Source: Verrucomicrobiota bacterium
Lineage (GTDB): Bacteria; Verrucomicrobiota; Verrucomicrobiia; Limisphaerales; CANJSG01
Reading direction: 5' to 3'
Assembly: GCA_038209745.1 (NCBI GenBank)
Contig: JBBQXJ010000043.1
Span: forward strand, 1-37,035
Length of the DNA: 37,035 nucleotides
Part shown: positions 24,301-36,300 of the stretch, one piece after another
How the letters are laid out: each line of letters begins with the position of its first letter
Position numbering within the stretch: position 1 is the stretch's first letter
Translations under genes and position numbers: made by a program
The notes under the pieces: model-generated
The model's database searches: none
Seen by the model: only the letters and a program-made list of their open reading frames with translations
Told to the model about the DNA's origin: nothing

Positions 24301-27300
24301 GACTATGACATCGACCCGGCCAGCGGGGACATCAAGTCGATCAAGATCACCGCCGCACCGGGACAGAACGCGGGCGGTCTGGAGACATCCACGGCGATGT
24401 TCACCTATTATCCCAACGGCCTGGTCCATACGTTGAAGGATGCCCTGGGGAACAAGGTGTCATCGACCTATGACGCCTATGGACGGTTGACCGAAGTGGT
24501 CCAGCCGGACTTGACCTCGCGTTCCCAGACTTACGTGGATTTGGCGGGGACCGTCGGTTCGGTCGTCGATGAATCGGGCAACCGGACCGAGCTCGAGTAT
24601 GACCGGATGAACCGCGCCACCGTGCGCCGGGCCTTCTCCACCGATGCCTCCGGCGCTCGGGTGACCTACGCGTGGTCGGAAGCCTACGACGCCGCCGGGA
24701 ATATCATCCGGCGGGTGGACAGCAACGGGAACATCACCCTCTTCGAATACGACCGGCTCAATCGAGTTTCCAAGCGGGTCGAAGGTGCTTCGGGCTCTGT
24801 CTCCGGCGACCTGAACATCACCACGTTGTTCGGCTACGAACGAGGCGCCTTAGCCACCACCTACTCGCTGCCGGCCGCTGAAGCAGGATCGACCTACAAG
24901 TATGTGAAGGATCCGCTGGGCTACGTCAGCGTCCAGATCTTCGATCGTTTCGGCGATGTGCGTTACTCGATCGACAACCTGGGCCGGGTCACCGAGACCC
25001 GCTTCGATCTCGCACGTCATCCCATCGCCACCATCCTGCCGGATGGGTCGCGGATAACTTACAAGGTGGATTCCCGTGGACGCGTGGTCAGCCAGTCCGG
25101 ACCGACGACCGAGTCCGTCTCGTTCGAGTATGACGGCGCCAACAACGTGATCCTCCGCACGGTGGCCAATACCGGCGGCGACCAGGTGACGACCACCGCC
25201 TACAACCTCTTCGACAAACCGACGCGGGTCACCGACGCGGAGGGCAACGTGACCGTGATGGAATATGACGGCGCGGGACGTCTGGTGAAGGCCACGCAGG
25301 CGTTCGGCACCCCGGATGTCTTCGTGACCGAGCTTACCGTCGATACGAGGGGCCGGATCACGAAGCAGGTGATCCAAGGCACGGCGACCACCGGCTTCGA
25401 ATACTCGGGCACTGGCAAGCTGGTGTTCTCCACCGATGCTCGTGGCTTCACCAGCAGCTACGGCTATGACGGGCTGGACCGCCTGGTCCGCGAAACCAAC
25501 GCTGCCGGCGAGATCGTTCTCACCTCCTACGACGGCGAAGGCAACAAGCTATCCATGATCGACGGGCGGGCCCGCGGAGACGCCTCAAACACCGCGTTTC
25601 GGACGAGCTTCGCCTACGACGCGGTCAATCGGCTCGTTCGCATGACCGATCCGCTCGGCGGCGTCACGATCCGTGAATACGACGCCGCCAGCAACCTGAT
25701 CGCGACCGTCGATGCCCGTGGCGGCGGAAACGCGGCGGACGCTCGCTATCGGACCCAGTATTTCTACGACGCGGCCAAGCGCCGGCTTAGGATGATCGAC
25801 GCGGAGAGCGGCATCACTGTCTATGAATACAATCTGCTCGACGATCGGACGTTGATCGTCGATCCGAGGGCGGGCGGGGTGAAGGGGCGTGGCTACGACA
25901 CGGTGATGACCTACGACTCGTCGCGCCGCTTGCAGAGCCGGACCGACGCCCTGGGGCAGATCACGAACTATTTCTACGATAAGGTCGGCAACCTCGTCCG
26001 GGTCAGCGGTCCCCAGTCGGCCATCCACGACACGTTCTATGCCTACGACAAGCTGAATCGGCGGACCTCGGCGGAAACGGGCGCCGATCGGAAGGATGGA
26101 GTGGCGACCAAGACGGCCTATGACGCGTTCGGTCTGGTGGTCGCGACCACGGATGTGCTGGGGCACGTGAGCCAATACACCTACGATTCGCTCAAGCATC
26201 TCGCTTCGAGGACCGACGCCGCCGGCACAGCGGACGCCCGCACGACACGGTTCGACAACGACGCCCTCGGGAATGTCACGCGCATCCACGATCCGCGCGG
26301 AGCGTTCTACGACATCGTGCGCGAATACGACGGGCTCGGCCGGGTGGTCCACGAAACCCGCAATACCGGCCTGCCCGATGGACCCGGCCCCGTTTACGAC
26401 GTGCGCACGACCTACGATTTGGCAGGCAATGTCACCCAGGTCACCGATCCGAAGGGCGGGGGGCTTGTCGTCAAATATGAATACGACGCCTTGAATCGGC
26501 GGGTTCGTTCAGTGAACCAGGCGGGAAATCAGACGGTGTTCTCTTTCGACGCGGTCGGCGACCTCGTGGCGGTGGTCGATGCGCGCGGCAAGGGAGATCC
26601 CGGAGCCTCGGGCTACCGCACCACCTATGCCTACGACGGGCTGAAGCGGAACGTGCGGATAGTGGATCCGCTCGGAGGCATCACCCTGATGGCCTACGAT
26701 GCGGTGGGCAACCAGATCTCCGTGACGACGCCTCTCGCCCAGGGCAGCGCCGCCAATGGGTTCACCACGCGGGTGGCTTACGACGCCCTCAACCGGATGG
26801 TTTCCAGGACCGACGCCGAGGGCAACCGGACCGGATACAAATACAACGAGATCGGATTGGTCACGAAGATCATCGATCCGCGAAGCGATGTCGGGACGGG
26901 CGGTGACTATTCGACCTCCATTTCCTACGACGACCGCAACCACGAGTCGGCCCGCACGGTCACCCTCGGCATCGGGGGTGGCGATCCTGCTGCGAGCCGC
27001 ACCGTTTACGACGCGCTCGGAAATCTCATTTCTCGGCAGGACGCGCGCGGCGCCTATTACACCACCACCTACGCCTACGACGCGCTCAATCGCATGGTGT
27101 CGATGACCGTGCCGGGAGGTTCAGCGGAGGAGCATGGCGATCCACTTGTCACCCACTATGCCTACGATGCGGCCGACAACGTCACATCGACCACGGACCC
27201 GCGCGGCTTCACCGTCACCCAGACTTGGGATCCGTTCGGCCGTCGCATGTCCATGACGCTGCCGGGCGGCGACGGCGCGCTCCCGGCCAAAACGAGCTAC

Positions 27301-30300
27301 ACCTACGATGCTTCCGGCAATTTGCTGACCATGACCGATCCACGGGGCGACTATTACACGACGGTCACCACCTACGACGTATTGAACCGGCCGTCGACCG
27401 TCACCCATCCCGCCGGCACACCCGGCGAGCCAGGCCTGCCGCAGATCGTCCGCTACTCCTATGACGAGGTGGGCAATGTGGTCGGCACCACGGTCGTCCG
27501 TTACGGGTTGACCGGATTCATCGACCGGGTCACGGGCACCGACTTCGACGCGCTCAATCGCGCCGTCCGCACCACGGATCCGCTCGGATACGTGACCGAA
27601 TACGGCTATGACGAGGACGGGGATGTTCTGACCACGACCTATCGACCCGCCGAGGGAAGCACCGAACGGGTCGTCACGAACACCTACGACCAGCTCGGCC
27701 GAGTCATTTCGAAGGTCGACGCTGGCGGATACACCACCACGATGGCCTATGACGCCGTCGGCAACGTTGTCCGCAAGGCCGGTCCCTACGCCGGTTCCTC
27801 CGGGGGGCCGTATGTGACGGTCATGGTCTACGATGCTGGAAGTCGTCTGCGGTCCGCCACGGATGCCGAAGGCTATGTTTACCGCTACGAATACGACGCG
27901 GTCGGTAATCGCACCGCGGAAAACGATGGCCGCGGCGACTACTATCGCACCACGCACACCTACGACGCGCGCAACCTGCTTCTCTCGTCCACCTCGCCCA
28001 CCGGATCGCCTGCGTCTTCCGGCCTGGCGGTCACGACATCCTATGTCTACGACGGTTCTGGAAACCTCACCAAGATGGTCGATCCGCGCGGCTCGGCTTT
28101 CGCCACGGAATACTTCTACGATGCGCAAAACCGCCTCGTGCGCTTGAACGTGGTCGCGGGCTCGCCCGGATCTCCGGTCGTTCAGACCGAAAGCTACACC
28201 TACGACGCGGTCGGCAATCGCCTGACTGAGACGGACCAACGCGGCGCCAGCTACGCGACCAGCTCCACCTACGACGCGTTCAACCGGGCGGTTTCCCGCA
28301 CGATCCCGGCCGGACCGCAGGACGCTCCACGCAATGTGACCGAAACGATGGTCTATGACACCGACGGCAATCTCGTTCGGCACGTGGGCTTCGGTGGCGC
28401 GGAGTTTGTCACGGAGATGTCCTACGATGCCCTTGGCCGCATGGTCCGGCAGATCGACGCCGAAGGGATCGCGCAGACCAGGACCTACGACCGTTTCGGT
28501 AACGTGCTGTCGGTGACCACGCCCCTTGGAACGTCCGAGTCCAAGTTCGACGCGCTGAACCGTCCTTCGACCGTCAAGGATGCTCTCGGTGAAATCACGA
28601 GCTACGCCTATGACGCTGCGCGGCACATCACGACCGTGACCGATCCTCTGGCCAACGCGACGGTGATGGAATACGACGGCCTCGGCCGATTGGTCCGCCA
28701 GACGGATGCGGCATCCAAGAGCGACCGATACGGCTACGATGCGGTCGGAAACCGCGTCCTCACCATTGATCGCCGCGGAACCAAAACCGTCTACGAATAC
28801 GACGCCAGAAATCTCCTGCTCGCGACCACGGAAGCGGCCGGCACACCCGATTCGGCGGTGATGACCTCGGCCTACGACAACATGGGATGGCTGGTGCGCC
28901 AGACCGGTTATTCAGGATCGGACCAGACCATCGACTATCAGCGCGACAATCTCGGCCGCGTCGTTGTCCGCACAACCGCCACGACGACGAACGACGCGAT
29001 CGTCGAAACGATGTCCTACGACGCGATCGGCAATCTGGTTCGCTACGTGCCGGGCCGGGGTGAAGCGTTCGCGGTGGAGAACACCTACGACCGGCGCTCG
29101 CAGCTTGTCGCGACCCGGAAGAACGCAGGGACCGCCGCGGCGCCGTTGTTGGCCACGGAACTGACCACCTATGACGACGCCGGTCGCGCGGTGGAGATGC
29201 TGGACGCCCTTGGGCAAAAGACCAAGCGGACCTATGACCGGATCAACCGCCAAACGTCGGAAACAGTGATCACGAGCGAAGCGTTCGGTGGCCAACTGCT
29301 CTCCACCTGGTCCTATGAGTATGTGTCGGGCACCCTGCGGGTCACCTATCGAGACGCTCTCCGGTCGGTCGCCGATCTGATCGTCTACGACAGCGTGGGC
29401 CGCCTTGTTCGTCGCGAAAACCGGGAAGCCGGCCTCACGGTCAACGAATACGACAAGGCCGGAAATCTCGTCGCCACCTCCACGGGACTCATCGCGCGTT
29501 CCTACAAGTTTGATTCGCTGAACCGTAGGATCAAGACCCTCGACGAGGCGGGCAACATCATCGCAGAGGCCTATGACGAAGTGGGCAACATCGTCAAGAG
29601 GACGGACGCGGAGGGCAACGTCACCACATTCACGTTCGACCGGCGCAATCGACAGGTCTCGATGACCGACGCGCGCAGGGCCACGACGGTGACGGCGTAT
29701 GATGGCTCCGGCAACGTCGTCTCCATCACGGATCCCAACGGCAACGTCACATCCTACACCTACGACTTGGCCAACCGTCGCCTGACCGACGGGACCGTGT
29801 TTGGCACCCGGGTTTTCGCCTACGATGCAGATGGAAACATGGTCGCCTCCAAGGATCGCAACGGCCGCCAGATCGGCTACACCTATGACGGCCTCGGTCG
29901 CCGGAGGACGGAGGTCTGGGTCGATGGTGCCGGCCCGGACCAGAACATCACGTTCACCTCGGTTTTCGATGCAGATGGCCGCCTGGTCGCGATCAGTGAT
30001 GGGCGCTGGTCGAGCACGTTCACCTTTTCGCCGGACGCCCGGAATCTGTTGACCGGTGAAACGATTCTCGGCCCCGCCGGCTTCGGCTCTGCGCGGTTGG
30101 ACTGGACCTTCGATGTGGTCGGCATGGCCACTTCCGTGTCGGTCAGCCTCAACGGGGCGATGAACCCGGCGGTCCGCACGGACTATTCCTTCGACGCCGT
30201 GACGCACCGGTTGGTGGAAGTGGCCCAGAGCGGCACGTTCGCCGGCGCCAAGAGCGCGTCCTACACCTACGCGGAAAACCTCTTCCGGGTCGGTTCCATA

Positions 30301-33300
30301 AACCGATTCGATGGGACCGGGGCGATGGTGGTCTCTTCCGTCTACACCTACGATGATCGCAACTATGTCGCCACGTTGACCCATGCCGGCGCGTTCGAGA
30401 ACAAGACCCTCAACGCCTATGCCTACCAATACGATGGCAACGGATATGTGAGCCATCGCACCGACAGCGACGGCACCGCCACCTTCGGCTACGACAAGGG
30501 CACCCAGGTCGTCGCCGTCTCCTACACCAGCGGCGTGTTCGGCGGCGAAGCCTACACCTACGATGCCGCCGGCAATCCCACCGCCTCATCCCGTCAAGGC
30601 AGCGTGGTCATCGGTCCCGACAACCGCATCCTTTCCGACGACGCCTCCACCTACGACTACGACGCCGAAGGCAATCTCCTGCGAGTGACCAGCCGGTCCG
30701 ACGGAAGCTTCCGGGAATATGCCTGGGATTTCCGCAATCGTCTCACGTCCGTGACCGCCTTCTCCGGCGACAGCTCGCGGATCAAGACAACGAGCTACGA
30801 CTACGACGCGATGGACCGTCGCGTGTCCCTCAGCGTGGCGGAATTCCCGGTTTTGATCGGAAGTGCGCCGGTTACCTACTTCATCCAGGACCGCGGCCAG
30901 GTCATCCTTGAGCTCTCCGACGCCGATGGAAACGCCGGCCCCGCCCGGGCGCCTCCGACCCGCGCCTTCCTCTACGGCCTGGGCGTCGATGAGCCGTTGG
31001 CCCAAGACGACGGATCAGGCCGCGTGCTGTGGCTTCTCGCCGACGGGCAGCACCATATCCGCGACACGGCCGACAACACCGGCCGCCTGACCGACCACTT
31101 CTGGCTCGACAGTTTCGGCAATCCTCTCCGGAGAAACCCCGCCTCGCTTCCCACCCGCTATCTTTTTGCCGGCCGCGAATTCGATCCCTCCACCGGTCTC
31201 TACTACAATCGCGCCCGCTACTACGATCCCGCCGCCGGCCGCTTCATCGGCAAGGATCCCATCGGCTTCGCGGGCGGCGACTCGAATCTCTACCGCTACG
31301 CCAACAACAACCCGGTCAACCTTCGCGATCCGTCCGGAAAATCCCCGCTGAGCTTCACGGCCGACCAGCAGAAGGCCTTCGGCTTTGAAATCGGAGCCCA
31401 GCGCGAACTCGGGCGTCGTGCCGCGGCCCACGGCGGGCTCAACTCCCGCCAACGCCAGGCGCTCGGTGAAGCCAAGTTCCAGATGATCGACGCCGAGGCC
31501 GAAGGCCGGCGCGTCCAGGCAGAGAGCACCTATATCGGCGTGGCCGAGAAGTATTACCGGGAAAACTACGGCGACAGCCCGCTGGGCTACGTCTTCGGCG
31601 GTCTCATCGGCGCGGCCAAGCTGGTCTACGGGATCGTGGACCTGTCCGCGTTCTCCATCGTCGACGCGGTTGGCTACACTCGGCAGGGCTACGGGTATCA
31701 GCCGGTCGGAATGCTCGGGAATCTGGCGAGCCAGGTCGCCGACGAGACCGTGGCGGACGGAGGCGGATTCGATTCCTACTTGGGGCGATTTGGCGGCCAT
31801 CTGCTGTATGGCGCGACGCTCCAGCCCTTCGAAGGGCTCGCCCGGGCCCTGTTGGCCGGGAATTCGGCCGAGATAGGAGAGGCCTTGTTCAATGTCGGAC
31901 TCGTGGTTGCGCCCGCGTTCTTGGGCAAGGGAGGATCGGCGAACTCGGCCGGGCGCTCCGGGTTTACCGCACGGGCCGCCGAGTCGCTCGCGGACCATGC
32001 GACGCGTCAGATCGAGCATTTTGAAACGCTGCCGGCGGCCAAACTACGCGGCACCGGAGTGGAAGGGATCACGGCAGGAGTTGGTGAAGCGGCCGAAGGA
32101 GTCCGTCCTCCCCGGGCGACTGACCGCTGGTGGATGCCCCGGGACGATGTTGCGTCTACCAGCTTCCAAATGCCCAAGTCCCCGCGCCGGCCGGGGTCTG
32201 TCGAAAACACACAGCCACGCTTCCGTTGGAATCCGAGCGAGGGAGCGGGAGAAGCGGCGTTCTCCAGGCCGCGCCAGCCGACGCGGCCAGGAGCTAGCGG
32301 CAGCCTTCTCGAGGATGGCGCGGCGCGCCCATCCTCTGGTGAAAACACCGGTGGTGGAGCCGTCCGGAATAGCTCCACAGAGACTCCGGTTGCACCGGCC
32401 GCTTCCAAACAACCATCCGCGGCTGCCAAATCTGCTGCTGAAAGTCGCGAAACTAGTCCGGCAACGGCGGCGGACGGGGAGCACGCGCAACCGACTACGG
32501 CAGATGCTTCTGGGAAAATGCCCAAGGAAAAGCTTGAAGGAACGACGGCTGGAGAATCCGGGGCATCCGGGACGCCAGAGATTACCTACCCTGTCGAGGG
32601 CTTCGGGCAAAACGCGGGCGGGAAGAGGGAGGTCATTTGCACGCCTGAAGCTTTCCGGATGCTTGTGGCGTCGCATGGAAAGGAACTGGCCAAGCAGGCT
32701 GTTCTGGATCTGTTCGGTGTTGTCAGAGACGAGCGAACTGGAAACTATAATCAAGCGAGCTCGCTCAGGGTGAAGACCGCTGTTGACGAACTCAATCGGC
32801 TCGGCATCGACAACTCATATACCCACCGTGCGACGGTTGAATCGCTCGAAGCTGCAACGGCTGCAGGGCATCCCGTGTATGCGCGCACTCAAGGCCACAC
32901 CTTTGTCATCGACAGTGTATACATGGATAAAGAAGGACAATGGCGATTCGACTACCGCTCGACGAACACCGAGGTCGGCCTTGGTGATTTGAACGCCGAA
33001 CGAAAGATTGGCGAGTATTGGGCCACATCCAAATACGGAAGGAATAGTTTCACCGGTGAAGCAATCTCCACGCGACCCGGTTTCCGTTTTGAGGCCAAGG
33101 GAAAATATGCGGAATACGACCGTCTGATAGTTGAAGGAGGAACCGAAATCACAGTAAACGAGGGAAGGCCCTGGGAGTCGAAAACGAGGGTGGGTGGGTT
33201 CACAGGATTCGGCGATATCAACCGCGTCTACGACTCGACAACTGCCATTCAAGGCGTGGTCCACGAAAAACCGCTCCACCCTAGTCAATATGGCTACGAT

Positions 33301-36300
33301 CCCGGAACCACATGGCGAATAGAAAGCCAGCCAGCCAAGGCTGCCGCCAAACCCGGCGTCATTCCCGAGTCGCCGTTGTATAATGAGATTTCGTCGCGGC
33401 AGCCCCAGCCCTACAATGGCCCGACACGGTTCAACGGTTCTGTTACCGGGAGCAATCCTCGCCTAGACCCGGAATACAATCCCCAGGCACCAAGGGGAAC
33501 TTCGGGTGGAGGCTCGCCTTTGGTCTCCAACCTGGATCCCAACGGGTCTCCATCGACAACGGGCCTCAGCGGCTCTTCGACAACGGCTCCAAATCAAACG
33601 AACTCGTCGGCCAACACCGCGCTGTCTAGCGCCAACCTGACCGCCGCCATCGACGCTGCCCGCAACGCGTGGTCCCAAGTGCTGAGGTCTCCGGTTTCGC
33701 TCTCGCTCACGGTCGTGCCCACGACCCTCACACCGGGCCAGCTGGGCTACTCGGTGATCGACTCCGTCGGCACAGACGGCCTGCCGTCCCGCGGAACCCT
33801 CTATATCGACCAGGGTGGCGCGGGACGCGGATGGTATGCCGGAGTCTCAGCTCCGGCCGGCGGCGAAAAAGGATATGACCTTTCGACGCTGATCGCCCAT
33901 GAGATGGGCCATTTGCTGGGCTTCACCCGCAACTATTCGGGCTTTGCCGGTTTGGTGGCGACCGGCCCCGGCGGCGACCGTTTTTTCGCGGCGCCGGGAA
34001 TTCTGGAGCTGCTGGGCCCTGATCAGGACCATCTCTCCTCGCTCTCGCGGCCAGGCTCCCTGATGACACCTACGCTGACCGAGGGCACGCGCCGGATGCC
34101 GTCCGTCCTTGAAGGAAACATGCTGCGTGCGGCCTATACGTCGGCGGCGGCCGGCGCGCTGGCGGGGATCACGCCCAGCTTTGAACTCGCAGCCGGCGCC
34201 TCGGGCTTCACCGCCTTCGCGGCCGAATTGGCCGCGGGCGTGGCGGCGCCGCAGCCGACGTTGGTCAACGGCTCGTTCTCCGTTCCCGGCCTCGGATGGC
34301 GCACGATCGGGAGCGCGACCTTCGGCTCGGGCGGAATCGCTCTGGGCGAAGGCGGCGGATTGGCAATTTCTTCTGCGCTTCAGACATTCATCGTGCCCGA
34401 CCGCGCCGACAGCCTGATCTTCACGATCGCTTCCATCTCGCTCGGGAAAGGTTCCGGCCTGCCGCCCGACGCTTTCGAAGCCGCCTTGATCGACGCCCGC
34501 ACTGGAAAGTCGATTCTCGGGCACACGGCGGTGGGCAATACCGATTCGATCATCAACTTCGGTGGCGATGGCGCGTTCACGCTGGCGCCGGGGATGAAGT
34601 TGAAGTCCGGCACGGTCGGCGGCCCTGATCCACTGGTTTTCAGCTTGGACCTGTCGGCCGTTCCTGCCGGGACGGTGGCGACGCTTAGCTTCGACCTGAC
34701 GGGCTTCGGTGCGGTCGACAGTTCGGTGAGAATCACGTCCGCCGCCCTGAGCCAGTTGCCCTCCACGACCGGCGTTCCGAGAGTGACCTCGCTGGCCTTC
34801 GCGACCGGCGAAGGCCGGGCTCTCGCCGTCCCGGCCGGTTTGGGTGTGCTGTCCGGTGCAACCGATCCGCTGGGCCGTCCGCTCACCGCCACACTGGACG
34901 GGACGGCGCACAACGGCGTTGTCACGCTCCAAACCGACGGAAGTTTCCTCTACACGCCGGTGCCCGGCTTCGTCGGCATCGACACGTTCTTCTTCCGGGC
35001 CTTGGCCGGAAACGTGGGGTCGGATTTGGGTTCGGTCACCGTGACGGTATCGGCCGCTCCGCGTCAGCCGCCGGTTGCGGTGGACCATTCCTACACGATT
35101 CCGGCAGATGCCGCCCCCACCCGCCTCGAAGTGCTCGACGGTGCGGTCTCCGGCAATGTTGGAGATGTCCTGGGCGTGATCGCGGTGGGCAACGCAACCG
35201 GCGGCGTCGCGCGGATCTCCTCCGACGGCACCGCGATCCTCTACACGCCACTGCCGGGATTTGTCGGCCGGGATACTTTCTCCTTCACGATCCTCAATTC
35301 CTCCGGGCTGACCGCAATGGCGCAGGTGGTGGTGATGGTCGAGCCACGCATCCTCCCGAACCAGCCGCCGACCTTCACGCCTGGTCCCGATCAATCCGTC
35401 CCGTCGAACGGCGGTCGTATCGTCCGGACAGATTGGGCCACGAACATCAGTCCCGGTCCTGCCAACGAATCCTCTCAGACGGTTGCGTTCACTCTCACAG
35501 TGGATCGTCCCGAACTCTTCACCGAGCTTCCAACCGTCGCTTCGGACGGAACCCTGAGCTTTATCCCGAAACCCGGAACGTTGGGACGCGCGACGGTTTC
35601 CGTCGTGGCCCACGACTCGGGCGGCACCGACAATGGTGGCTCCGACACCTCGGCCGTCCGTTCCTTCACCATCGACGTGCAGTATGTGAACCAGCCTCCG
35701 ACTTACCGTCCCGGTGGCGACGTCACGGTGAACCAAGATTCCGGCCCTCAGACCGTCGGTGCCTGGGCCAAGGACATCGTCGCCGGTCCGCCGGGAGCCC
35801 CGGTCACGCGCGTCGATTTCGCGGTGACGAATGACCAGCCCGGACTCTTCGAGACGGCCCCGACCATCGGGAACGACGGGACGTTGCGCTTCACTCCGCA
35901 AGCCGGCGTGTTTGGAACGGCTCTTGTCACCGTCGTGGCCCGCAACGACGGCGGCACGGCCAATGGCGGAGTCGACTCCACGGTGCCGCGGACTTTCTCG
36001 ATCCGCGTCGCGGCCCTGCCCGTCATCGGCGGTGTGACCTTGGGACCGGGTGGATTCCTCTGGCAGCAGTTGAACGCCCCCGTCATCGCCTCGCTCTTCG
36101 CTTCCGCTCCGGACGGTGCCCGCGTCTCGCTCTCGATTTTGGAAGGCCCTCGCTGGCTCACGTTGGATCCGACGACCGGCCAGCTGAGTGGGGCGCCCCG
36201 TGTCGGGGATCCCGGACTCAGCACCGTGGTCGTCGCGGCCACGACCGGCACCGGCGGTGTCGTCAGCCGGAGCTTCTTGATCGGCGTCTATCGGCCCGCG

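Noticed and set aside
31892..32773. 293-aa alternative-frame + ORF and minus-strand ORFs (32044-32754, 32815-33288) overlapping the cargo, considered as a hidden immunity gene
   Set aside because: Arg-rich or featureless translations with no convincing RBS. Frame 1 carries the recognisable motifs. An overlapping gene cannot be supported from sequence alone.
31339..33630. Hint/intein domain or nuclease toxin motif (HNH, deaminase, ADP-ribosyltransferase) after the RHS core
   Set aside because: No CF..GT/HN Hint boundaries and no recognisable nuclease, deaminase or ART catalytic motifs seen.
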